NCBI GenBank assembly: GCA_038204425.1 | Contig: JBBRCZ010000021.1 | Location: 1-28,734, forward strand | DNA length: 28,734 nt | Source of the DNA: Spirochaetia bacterium | GTDB taxonomy: Bacteria; Spirochaetota; Spirochaetia; DSM-27196; Salinispiraceae | Reading direction: 5' to 3' | Shown: one piece after another, positions 1 through 8,424 of the stretch | Layout: every line of letters starts with the position of its first letter | Position numbering within the stretch: position 1 is the first letter of the stretch | Notes under the pieces: generated by a model | What the model was told of the DNA's origin: nothing | The model's input: only the letters and a program-made list of their open reading frames with translations | Database searches by the model: none | Program-made: the position numbers and the translations under genes

Positions 1-527
1 AACCATTGTCAGCCCGCGTTTAACGCCTACTTGGATAGTCGCTCCCCGTGCGGGGGCGTGGATTGAAACAAATGTCATTTTTTCGCTCCCCTATTTTTGT
101 CTGTCGCTCCCCGTGCGGGGGCGTGGATTGAAACCCGCATGTCGCTCGATAATATATATTGGACACCTGGTCGCTCCCCGTGCGGGGGCGTGGATTGAAA
201 CTGAAATCTGAGGGCGTCCCATTGGCAGAGATTGGTCGCTCCCCGTGCGGGGGCGTGGATTGAAACCCAACTTTTCGGTGTGATATAACACCAGCAGGCG
301 GTCGCTCCCCGTGCGGGGGCGTGGATTGAAACTATAGGAGTAAATAAACATGATGATAGACCAACGTCGCTCCCCGTGCGGGGGCGTGGATTGAAACCCC
401 TATAATCGGTTTATTAGTCACAAACCATCTGTCGCTCCCCGTGCGGGGGCGTGGATTGAAACCGGCATCTCCAGAGGCATTCACTGCGTACTACGGTCGC
501 TCCCCGTGCGGGGGCGTGGATTGAAAC
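1..527 (+). CRISPR. CRISPR array with type I-C-like repeat GTCGCTCCCCGTGCGGGGGCGTGGATTGAAAC; 8 complete repeats and 8 spacers of 33-35 bp; truncated by the window start
   Basis: Identical 32-bp repeats at 38-69, 103-134, 170-201, 235-266, 301-332, 366-397, 431-462 and 496-527. The window starts with AAC, the tail of a further repeat. Internal hairpin CGCTCCC/GGGGGCG and a 3' ATTGAAAC end are typical of I-C repeats. No cas genes in the window. Confidence 0.98.
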
Positions 528-965
528 TATATATCAGAATGGAAGCAGTTTCTGAAGAAAATAAGGGCCAATGGTTACGAACTAAAGGATATACTGATGG
601 CCAAATTTAACTTTTTTAGAAAAGAAATAGCAATGAGTAATTAATCAGAATTATTGAAAATTAAGCAGAGAAATGTTGAATTGGAACATCAAAACACTAT
701 TCTTAAAAAAGATCTTGATGAAAAAAATAAAGCTTTTAGAGAAAGGCATTTACCTCGCCTACGTGTCAGTGAAGACAATCCATTTTCTTCAATCACTTTA
801 GATATTGGTATAATATAAAACATTAGTATCAGCTATGAAGAAACATCCAGAACGCTGGAAAGAACGTAAAAATAAAGATGTAACGGATAATCATGAAGTG
901 TTTTTTCTGACTTCAAAACGTTTGGTGGCTTAAGGTTTTTATATGACAACTATCTTGACACAATC
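528..965 (+). mobile_element. Degraded, internally deleted IS3-family insertion sequence relic (transposase pseudogene fragments plus probable right end)
   Basis: AT-rich segment. Translated fragments, interrupted by stops and frameshifts: MEAVSEENKGQWLRTKGY...LKKDLDEKNKAFRE (OrfA-like), RVSEDNPFS at ~762-788 (integrase-core RVSNDNPxS-like), and AMKKHPERW at ~832-858 (OrfB C-terminus-like). These are followed by TGACAACTATCTTGACA (944-960), which resembles the right end of this IS3 group and carries an outward TTGACA. Confidence 0.7.
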
Positions 966-995
966 CACCCCGCCTGGTAGGCGGGGTGATATTTT

Positions 996-996
<1 letters not shown>
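966..996. terminator. GC-rich hairpin, probable intrinsic terminator between tRNA-Ile2 and the CRISPR/IS region
   Basis: CACCCCGCCT-GGT-AGGCGGGGTG (966-988), followed on + by ATATTTTT; lies just downstream of the minus-strand tRNA. Confidence 0.6.
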
Positions 997-1069
<73 letters not shown>

Positions 1070-1157
1070 TTAAAAAGCAGGCTTTCTTTATGTCAGGTTT
1101 GGCGATTGATGTCAAGATAAGAGCCAGCTGCTGTGCTGGCGTATAACATGCCACGTG

Positions 1158-2423
1158 CTAGCCAAGCGATAGGCGGCGGAACCTAAAGCGTAGCCAGAAA
1201 TACTGGGTTAAGAGCAGTAGCACTGGACCAAGTAGGCCTACTATTACCACATTAAAGCCTATGCCGGTAGAAAAATCCAAGGACTTGCTGCGCATAAACT
1301 CGCCAAAACTGTGATTGATAAAGATGGTTGCAACCAGAGCTAGTGCCGAGACTATCACGATGCCGAGGGCTGCGCTCGCACTGGAGAGAAAAGCCAAAAA
1401 TGTTGAGCGGTAGCCCATGAGCACCAGTAAGTCGATATCTTGTCGGGAGTTGCTGACAAAGAGTTGTAGGTTGAGGAAGAATATTAGCACTGCCAAAGCA
1501 AGCATTATAGCACCAATACTTGCCAGGACTGACAGTACGGTGTTTACCAAATAGGCTGTTTCGCGCAGGCCCTTGCTGGCGTCAGATACTTCGTACTGTT
1601 TTTTGCGCAAAAACTTCTCAAGTTCTGTCGAGCGTGGATCGCTTACTTTAACTATCAGTCGCCGTGGGTCACCAGACAGACGCTTGCGGCCGTAGTCGCG
1701 GTTTGCCCAGTCCATGACTTCTTGTGGAATTAGTATGCTTGATATTTTGCTGGTAACGCCAACAATGCGGGCTGGCAGGTCGAGGTATCGGTCTTGATTG
1801 GAGATGCGCAGGCTAAGCGGGATTAGGCCCAAGGTTTCTTCTGGCAAGACGGGCAAGCCGCGGGTGTTGGCAAAACCAAGATTGTACATCGCCAAAAAGT
1901 CGCGAGAAATCAGCACTGGAACGGTAGAAGCTGCTTGTCGGTCAGCTTGCAAGGCAGTACCAGAGGAATCATAGTCGCCAGTTTGCGGTTGTTGCCACTT
2001 CCAGGCACTGGGAAGCCTTCCCAAAAATGCGTCGGGCACCGACTCAAAAAAGAGCTCAGAGCCAAAGACGGCGCTACCGATGCGTACTTCGGCGTTGGTC
2101 TTAAACGTGTTGGCCTTTACCGACTGTATTTCTTTGATAAAAGGCTCTTTTTTTAGATCTGCTACTTCGTATTCTTTAAAAGCCGAAGCCTCCGGGTTGA
2201 GGTTATTGAGAATACCTATTTTTTTGTTGATTATTAGGTACTCACTTGTGTTGTCTTCGCTCAGGGTGTTGGCAAAAAAAACAGTTGCCTGTTGGGCAAA
2301 CTGTAGTGACAAGAGTAAGAGCAGCAGTCCAAGGCCAAAAGCGATAAGTGCCATTAAATTGGCTAGTGGGTGCTTGCGCCAGCCAGAACATAAACTTAGT
2401 AGACTAAGAGAAAGTATACTCAC
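1158..2423 (-). CDS. FtsX/MacB-like ABC transporter permease
   Basis: 421 aa; one N-terminal TM helix, a large extracytoplasmic domain and three C-terminal TM helices with a DIDLLVLMGY motif; start overlaps the stop of the upstream ATPase. Confidence 0.8.
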   Translation of the reverse strand: MSILSLSLLSLCSGWRKHPLANLMALIAFGLGLLLLLLSLQFAQQATVFFANTLSEDNTSEYLIINKKIGILNNLNPEASAFKEYEVADLKKEPFIKEIQSVKANTFKTNAEVRIGSAVFGSELFFESVPDAFLGRLPSAWKWQQPQTGDYDSSGTALQADRQAASTVPVLISRDFLAMYNLGFANTRGLPVLPEETLGLIPLSLRISNQDRYLDLPARIVGVTSKISSILIPQEVMDWANRDYGRKRLSGDPRRLIVKVSDPRSTELEKFLRKKQYEVSDASKGLRETAYLVNTVLSVLASIGAIMLALAVLIFFLNLQLFVSNSRQDIDLLVLMGYRSTFLAFLSSASAALGIVIVSALALVATIFINHSFGEFMRSKSLDFSTGIGFNVVIVGLLGPVLLLLTQYFWLRFRFRRLSLG

Positions 2424-3124
2424 AGTGTGTAGGTCTCCTTGTAGTCAAAGTTCTGGTCCTGGCTTAGGTCCAGGGCAATCAGGCCGGCAGCCTGTCGCAT
2501 GCACTCGCTCTTGATCAGGTCTATGGCAATTTTTGTTAGCTCAGGGTCAAGGTGGCCAAAGGCTTCGTCCAAAACAAGCAGTTCAAAGGGTTGCAGCAAA
2601 GCCCTAATAATAGCACCACGTTGTTGCTCGCCACGGGACAAAAAGCGGGCTTGTTTTCCAAGCAGTTTATCTAACTCTAAGACCTCGGCCAATTGATGGA
2701 TGCGATCGTCACGATCCCTTGGATTGGTGGACTGGTCCAGTCGGGCCTTGATGAGCAGGTTTTCTTTGAGGCTAAGGTGAGCAAAGAGCTTGAGGTCTTG
2801 GTAAACCACCGAGATTTTTTGAGAACGAATAAAAGTCCACTCAGGTTCTTTATAGGCTCGCGTGTTGTTTGGTCCAAATTGAAGCGTGCCCGTATAGTCT
2901 TTGCGTTGTCCAAGCAAGTACGAAACCAAAGTAGACTTGCCACGGCCAGAGCTGGCCACAATCAAACTGGTGGCTTTGCTGTCGATGGAGAGCTGCTGAC
3001 CCCAGATGCTAGTGGTCTCGTGCTTTTTTTGATCGTTGCTGCGCGACCTTTCCAAGCTTAGGCGTTCTTTTAACGGCTTAGGGATTACTTTGTCAAATTG
3101 AATTTGACCGATTGTAGTTATCAT
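2420..3124 (-). CDS. ABC transporter ATP-binding protein
   Basis: Walker A SSGRGKST, Q-loop VYQD, signature LSRGEQQR, Walker B LVLDE. ATG at 3124 preferred over TTG at 3133. Confidence 0.92.
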   Translation of the reverse strand: MITTIGQIQFDKVIPKPLKERLSLERSRSNDQKKHETTSIWGQQLSIDSKATSLIVASSGRGKSTLVSYLLGQRKDYTGTLQFGPNNTRAYKEPEWTFIRSQKISVVYQDLKLFAHLSLKENLLIKARLDQSTNPRDRDDRIHQLAEVLELDKLLGKQARFLSRGEQQRGAIIRALLQPFELLVLDEAFGHLDPELTKIAIDLIKSECMRQAAGLIALDLSQDQNFDYKETYTL

Positions 3125-3179
3125 CACGTGCAAGCATAATTAATTAGTCAACAAGCGACAAGCCAATAAGCCCGCCCAA

Positions 3180-3893
3180 CTAGCTATTAAAACGAACACC
3201 ATAAGGAATCAACAATGGTTTGATGGCGCTAAGCAGGTGGTCAGCGTCTCTATCATTGAGGTGGCACTCCAGCGGCCTGGCATTACCTCGTAATCTAAGA
3301 TCAACACCCTGCCATGGGACTCTCACCACTGACTCCAAATCGGCATAAGAAAGTATGGACAGGCCAATAATGGCACTGTGTTCCACCCAGAGTTGAAGCT
3401 TGTTAATGGTTCCAAAGCGGCTAAGAAGCGCCGCTAAAGCAACAATCGTTGGCACAAAATATACGACACCCAAAGCAACGCCCTCGCTCGCTCCGGCTTG
3501 TTCCAACATAAGCAGCGATATTAAACATAAAAAAAATGTCATACCGTTGACTTGCAATGAGACTTTCCACGCTTTTCGATAGCTTACCCAACGCCGACTG
3601 AGTGTTTTGAGTGCATAGTAATTTAAAAGTGGACTTACTCTGTTGAGGCTAAACAAGATTGTCGAGCCAATGTTGAGTGCAAAAGCGACTATAGTATACA
3701 CCGGTCCCAAGTTTGTTTGTCTTGCAATACTGGCAAGCAAGTAAGCAATGGTAAACAAGTAAGGCACGATAGCAAGCGCCAACTGGATACCCGGTGCAGC
3801 CCCGAGCCTTGCAGCCTGTCGTGACTTTTCTGTTTTGTTGTCTGCTTTGTCTTGTATTTGTGGTGATACTAAACCGTCTTGTACTTTATCCAT
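3180..3893 (-). CDS. Hypothetical membrane protein (about 4 TM helices plus a small soluble C-terminal domain)
   Basis: 237-aa ORF with ATG start, GAGG upstream and four hydrophobic segments; no family recognised. Confidence 0.7.
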   Translation of the reverse strand: MDKVQDGLVSPQIQDKADNKTEKSRQAARLGAAPGIQLALAIVPYLFTIAYLLASIARQTNLGPVYTIVAFALNIGSTILFSLNRVSPLLNYYALKTLSRRWVSYRKAWKVSLQVNGMTFFLCLISLLMLEQAGASEGVALGVVYFVPTIVALAALLSRFGTINKLQLWVEHSAIIGLSILSYADLESVVRVPWQGVDLRLRGNARPLECHLNDRDADHLLSAIKPLLIPYGVRFNS

Positions 3894-3959
3894 TGCAGGT
3901 AACCCTCATCTTAGAAGCATAACAGAATCCGTAATATGCATCAAATCAACATTTGCCAC

Positions 3960-4014
3960 TTGACTATATGACAATCTGTCATATATCTTTGTGTTCGTAA
4001 GTGACAATCTGTCA
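3960..4014 (+). promoter_or_regulatory. Sigma70-like promoter of the TetR gene overlapped by two palindromic operators
   Basis: TTGACT (3960-3965)-N18-TATCTT (3984-3989); palindrome TATATGACA-ATC-TGTCATATA (3965-3985) and a second copy TGACA-ATC-TGTCA (4002-4014). Confidence 0.85.
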
Positions 4015-4037
4015 TATGAAACTGATAGGAGCAAGGG

Positions 4038-4634
4038 TTGATCAAGCAAACGTTTCTAAATCTTCCTGAAGACAAACGAGAGAAAATTCTATCAGCAGCC
4101 AGAAACGAGCTAACAAGGGTGCCTTTTTACGACGCACGCATCGCCACTATCGTAAGAGAGGCTGGTATTCCACGTGGCAGCTTTTACCAGTATTTTGATT
4201 CGCTCAATGACGTTTTTGTTGCTGTTTTGAGAGACATAGAAAAAAAGAAGCTCAAAAACTTTGTGCAATTTTTGACAGAAAGCCAGGGAGATCTGTTTGA
4301 AGCGGCAATAAAAATGTTTGACAGTGAGTTTGACTATTTGACCAATAACAAACCAGGGCACTTGATTCAAAACATCTTTAATATTGCCAAAATTGATGGT
4401 GGACCCTCAATCGGGCCAAACAATCCTGGCTTTGAAGAAGTCTTTGCTTTAATCAAAACAGAGAGTCTTAACCTAAAGGGTCACAACGATCTTTTTTCCT
4501 TGCTGATGTTGTTTTTCTTTACTATTGGAGAAAATATTCGCCTGTCTATTCTAAACGAGCATAGTAAACACGACGCGCAAAGGTGTTTTTTGACGCAGAT
4601 AAATTTTGTTAAATATGGAGCAAAAAAGAAGTAG
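4038..4634 (+). CDS. TetR/AcrR family transcriptional regulator
   Basis: N-terminal TFLNLPEDKREKIL...IATIVREAGIPRGSFYQYF HTH; TTG start with AGGAG Shine-Dalgarno. Confidence 0.95.
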   Translation: MIKQTFLNLPEDKREKILSAARNELTRVPFYDARIATIVREAGIPRGSFYQYFDSLNDVFVAVLRDIEKKKLKNFVQFLTESQGDLFEAAIKMFDSEFDYLTNNKPGHLIQNIFNIAKIDGGPSIGPNNPGFEEVFALIKTESLNLKGHNDLFSLLMLFFFTIGENIRLSILNEHSKHDAQRCFLTQINFVKYGAKKK

Positions 4635-4677
4635 AAAAAAAGTAAAAGAGGAGATTTGATTCGCACGTTTGCAACTA

Positions 4678-4706
4678 TTGCAGCAATATTGCTAAGAGTT
4701 TATATT
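4678..4706 (+). promoter_or_regulatory. Candidate internal sigma70 promoter for the ABC operon
   Basis: TTGCAG (4678-4683)-N17-TATATT (4701-4706) in the 183-bp gap between tetR and the ATPase. Confidence 0.45.
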
Positions 4707-4817
4707 AAAATGCTTGCTCCAAACATCAACTATTTGAGTGTTGTTGAACAGGGGCAGACAGTCGCTCGTTTGAATGCGGTGGTGCCACAGGCCTGGTGCT
4801 ACGCGAAGGAGGAATTG

Positions 4818-5513
4818 ATGGCCATTATCAGTTTAAAGGATGTCAAAAAGACCTATCCTTTAGGAAAGACCGAAGTTCATGCTGTACAAGGTGTTACAGT
4901 TGACATTTTAGAAGGAGATTTTATTTCCTTTGCTGGAGCATCGGGCTCCGGTAAAACTACTATCCTCAATATGATTGGTTGTATTGACGTGCCTACTGAC
5001 GGTAGTGTCGTAATCGAAGGCAAAAATACACGTGATCTCAACGACAATCAAATCACCGAATTGCGTCACCGATTTATTGGATTTATATTTCAATCATTCA
5101 ACCTAATTCCGGTCCTTAATGTCTACGAAAACATCGAGTTTCCATTGCTTTTGGGCAAAGAAAAATTTGGCAAGGCCGAAAAGAAAGAATGGATAGACCA
5201 CTTGATCGCCGAGGTCGGCCTTGAGCAGTGGCGTCACCACAAACCAAATGAGCTTTCTGGCGGTCAACGTCAACGTGTGGCTATTGCCCGTGCTTTGGCA
5301 ACTAAGCCCAAGGTAGTGCTTGCTGACGAACCTACTGCCAACTTGGACTCCAAGACCGGTGAGCAGATTATAGAACTTATGAAGAAGATCAACAAAGAAC
5401 AGAATACTACCTTCATTTTTTCTACTCACGATGCAACTATTGTTGACATCGCTGACCACATTATTCGGCTCAAGGACGGTCTTATTATCGAAGAAACCAG
5501 AAAGGAGCGTTGA
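4818..5513 (+). CDS. ABC transporter ATP-binding protein, LolD/MacB type
   Basis: GASGSGKTT, FIFQSFNLIP, LSGGQRQRVAIARAL, LADEPTANLD, STHD. Start set at ATG 4818 (AAGGAGG upstream) rather than the track's 4656. Confidence 0.96.
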   Translation: MAIISLKDVKKTYPLGKTEVHAVQGVTVDILEGDFISFAGASGSGKTTILNMIGCIDVPTDGSVVIEGKNTRDLNDNQITELRHRFIGFIFQSFNLIPVLNVYENIEFPLLLGKEKFGKAEKKEWIDHLIAEVGLEQWRHHKPNELSGGQRQRVAIARALATKPKVVLADEPTANLDSKTGEQIIELMKKINKEQNTTFIFSTHDATIVDIADHIIRLKDGLIIEETRKER

Positions 5514-5516
5514 GTC

Positions 5517-7004
5517 ATGCCTATTATCCTTCGTATAGCCATTAGAAACCTGAAGGAACACAAACTCAAGAGTATTATCATAATTTCATTGATAGCCTTG
5601 GGCATGATCATTCTCGTTATTGGCAACTCAGTAATTGACACCGGCAAGGCCGGCATAGAAAAGGCATTTATCCAGAGCTTTACCGGTCATATTCTGGTAG
5701 GCGTTCCTGGTCCCAACGGAGAAAACCCTGGTCTTTTGGGCACTGGTGGCGGCTTTGGCCCACCCAGTTCTACTAAGAACGGCGCGATCCAAAACTCACC
5801 GGAAGTAATCAAAACTTTACAGGAGTATCCCGGGGTAAAAGCCTACAATCCACAAGTTTACGGTGCCATGCTAGCGGTTCTCACTGGAGACTGGCGGGCA
5901 GGCATTGGTTTTATGGGTGTTGATCCCGTGCAATACAATCGCATGTTTCCTGACAACATAGAAATTTTGGAAGGCCGATTTCTTGAACCAGGCGAAGAAG
6001 GCATTGTGATGTCAAAGGTAATGTACGATGACATAACTATTGACGCAGCTACACCTATCATCATTGGTGAAACCAAGCTTAAGGTGCAGGGATTTCAAGG
6101 TGGCAGCAAGATCAAACAGATACCTGTTATTGGCTTGTTCAACTTTAAGACTCCCAACAGTAGTATGCAAGAGCTGTGCTTTATGGACCTCGATAGCTTG
6201 CGCTATATGACCGGCATGGTGGTTGGTTCTACTGACCAAGTCAAAGTAGAAGAAGGCGACCAGGATCTCTTGGGTGCCGACCTAAGCGCAGGTTTTGATT
6301 CCTTTTTTGACGAAGAAGTAGTTGGCGGGCAGGCTACTGTCTCAGCCAGTCTAGACTCTCAGAATATCTACAACATCTTGGGCGATACTTCCAGACGCGA
6401 AGAACTCAGTAAGGCAGATTCTGGTGCTTGGCACTACCTACTCTTGAAGCTTGAAGACGGCAGCAAGACTGAGGAAACCATAGTCTCACTCAACAAATTG
6501 TTTAGCGAGAAGAACTGGGATCTGCGAGCTGTCAATTGGGAGATAGCCGCTGGGGCAATCGCAACCTTTGTTACTGGTGCGCAACTATTCTTCTTTATTC
6601 TTGTGTTTATTATCGCAGTAGTTTGTGTGATCGTTATCATGAACACGATGGTGGTTTCTATTATGGAACGTACGGCCGAGATCGGCACCATGCGTGCACT
6701 TGGTGCACGCAAGTCGTACATTCGCAAAGTCTTTTTGACTGAGACTTTTGCACTCTCCATTATGGGGGGGCTAATTGGCTTGTTGATTGGTGGTTCTTTG
6801 ATTGCAATCCTGCACAGCGTAGGTTTGCCTTCACCAAACTCACTCTTTGACCTGGTTTTTGGCGGCAAAGTCTTGTACCCCATTTTGACGGTACCATCGG
6901 TCTTAAGTACGCTCGTACTCATGGTTTTGGTTGGTCTGCTTTCGGGCTTGTATCCAACCAGATTGGCGCTCAAAATCCAGCCTATCAAGGCAATGCAGTC
7001 ATAG
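5517..7004 (+). CDS. FtsX/LolC-E-like ABC permease
   Basis: IAIRNL N-terminus, large periplasmic domain, ERTAEIGTMRALG motif, C-terminal PIKAM. Confidence 0.93.
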   Translation: MPIILRIAIRNLKEHKLKSIIIISLIALGMIILVIGNSVIDTGKAGIEKAFIQSFTGHILVGVPGPNGENPGLLGTGGGFGPPSSTKNGAIQNSPEVIKTLQEYPGVKAYNPQVYGAMLAVLTGDWRAGIGFMGVDPVQYNRMFPDNIEILEGRFLEPGEEGIVMSKVMYDDITIDAATPIIIGETKLKVQGFQGGSKIKQIPVIGLFNFKTPNSSMQELCFMDLDSLRYMTGMVVGSTDQVKVEEGDQDLLGADLSAGFDSFFDEEVVGGQATVSASLDSQNIYNILGDTSRREELSKADSGAWHYLLLKLEDGSKTEETIVSLNKLFSEKNWDLRAVNWEIAAGAIATFVTGAQLFFFILVFIIAVVCVIVIMNTMVVSIMERTAEIGTMRALGARKSYIRKVFLTETFALSIMGGLIGLLIGGSLIAILHSVGLPSPNSLFDLVFGGKVLYPILTVPSVLSTLVLMVLVGLLSGLYPTRLALKIQPIKAMQS

Positions 7005-7014
7005 GAGGCGCTTG

Positions 7015-8331
7015 ATGAAAATTAACAGTATAGCATTGAGAAATCTTAGTCGGCAAAAGCGTCGTTCGATTTTATTGGCAACCGCCATAGCCTTTGGTGT
7101 CATGATCGTCACAGCCGTTAACGCTTTTTCGACCGGAACCATCAGAATCATCAAGGAGAACGTGGCCGACTTGATAGGAGGGCATGCCTTTATTTTCCTC
7201 GAACAACGAGTTGACGAAAAAACGATCCGGCTCATAGAAGACGAAACAAAGCTGCTTGCAGTCGTTAAGGGTTTGGGTATCAACGACGACCAAATTACAC
7301 GGACTGTGCAGTTGCAAAACGGTGAGCTGCGTTTTGGTAGCAAAGAGACCAACTCCAACGTTATCGGTGTCAACTGGACTCAGGAAAAATTGATTATCGA
7401 CAAGCTCGGTGTACCTGGTGACGTCTACGAACAGCTTAAGAAGTCGCCCAACGCTATCGTCATAAGTCAGAAGTCCGCCAATGTACTTAAAGCCAAAGTT
7501 GGCGACAGCATTTTAATAAAGGGTAGGACAGTTTATGGTCAACAAAATGTGGCCGAAATGACCATTGCCTACATCAATTCCGATACGTCTGACATCTCCG
7601 GCATGATGAGTTTTGCATCAAGGGCCGAGCTCAATGTGTTGCTCAACTTGCCCGACGAAAACTCCTACAACACCATGCGCATTAGACTGCGTTCTTTGGA
7701 CGAAACTACACCCTTTGTGGCCAGACTCAAGCCAGCTTTGGCAGCGGTCTATCCTTTGGCTCCCGACGAAGGTCAAGGTTTTAGCTTAGACAGTAATGTT
7801 TTTAAGATGGGCTCTGATGATTCGGCAGAATTTGAAGGTCAGCGCGCCAAGGTGACCGACATCAACAGTTTGCTTGACTTCTTTAACCAGATTTCTGGTG
7901 GTTTGGCTTTGGCATCGGTTGTGATGTTGGTCTTCCTGCTCTTGATTACCATGATTGGTATCTACAATACCTTTAGAATGATTCTTTACGAGCGTACCCA
8001 AGAGATTGGTACCATGCGCGCGCTCGGTATGCAGCGCAAGCAAGTGGGACAACTATTTAGACGAGAGGCACTTTTTCTCGCGCTAATGGGTGTGTTTTTG
8101 GGCATCATTTTGGCAGCGATCGTTATGGGCGTATTTTCGCTCTTTAACTTTGGAACCCAGAGTGCCTTCTCGGTCTTGCTGTCCAATGGTCACTTGAGCT
8201 TTAGAATTGATCCGCTAAATGTGATCGTGAGCATACTTTTAGTAAGTGTGTTTACCGTTGTGGCTGCTCTTGGGCCAGCTCGTAAAGCTGCGCGGCTCAA
8301 ACCAGCCGACGCACTGAGGACCAACTATTAG
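7015..8331 (+). CDS. FtsX/LolC-E-like ABC permease (second subunit)
   Basis: IALRNLSRQKRRS, ERTQEIGTMRALG, PARKAARLKPADALR. Start set at ATG 7015 after AGGAGG. Confidence 0.93.
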   Translation: MKINSIALRNLSRQKRRSILLATAIAFGVMIVTAVNAFSTGTIRIIKENVADLIGGHAFIFLEQRVDEKTIRLIEDETKLLAVVKGLGINDDQITRTVQLQNGELRFGSKETNSNVIGVNWTQEKLIIDKLGVPGDVYEQLKKSPNAIVISQKSANVLKAKVGDSILIKGRTVYGQQNVAEMTIAYINSDTSDISGMMSFASRAELNVLLNLPDENSYNTMRIRLRSLDETTPFVARLKPALAAVYPLAPDEGQGFSLDSNVFKMGSDDSAEFEGQRAKVTDINSLLDFFNQISGGLALASVVMLVFLLLITMIGIYNTFRMILYERTQEIGTMRALGMQRKQVGQLFRREALFLALMGVFLGIILAAIVMGVFSLFNFGTQSAFSVLLSNGHLSFRIDPLNVIVSILLVSVFTVVAALGPARKAARLKPADALRTNY

Positions 8332-8367
8332 TTGCGGATTTTTTACCGGGACTATTGTCCCACCGTT

Positions 8368-8398
8368 TAGAGCAGGTACCAATCTGGTACTTGCTCTA
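8368..8398 (+). other. Strong intercistronic hairpin without a U-tract
   Basis: TAGAGCAGGTACCA-ATC-TGGTACTTGCTCTA, a 14-bp stem with one G-U pair; small hairpin GGGAC-TATT-GTCCC at 8348-8361. Confidence 0.7.
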
Positions 8399-8424
8399 TA
8401 TCGCCCCCAAATAGAGAGGAAATT

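Noticed and set aside
91..351. 86-aa minus-strand ORF with FNPRPRTGSD repeats
   Set aside because: It is the translation of the CRISPR repeats, not a gene.
333..365. Spacer containing AGGAG plus ATG (and a similar one on the minus strand at 70-102)
   Set aside because: Most simply protospacers that span gene starts; no ORF of meaningful length follows.
4..495. Self-targeting spacers
   Set aside because: No match to the rest of the window noticed by eye; a real alignment against the genome and phage databases is needed.
528..960. AT-rich region as the CRISPR leader
   Set aside because: Repeat orientation (3' ATTGAAAC) places the leader upstream of the window, and this segment carries transposase-like remnants.
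4656..4817. 54-aa N-terminal extension of the ABC ATPase in the ORF track
   Set aside because: A strong SD precedes ATG 4818, where family similarity begins; the extension overlaps promoter-like sequence.
6931..7014. Upstream start for the second permease
   Set aside because: Overlaps the previous gene; ATG 7015 has AGGAGG and matches the family N-terminus.
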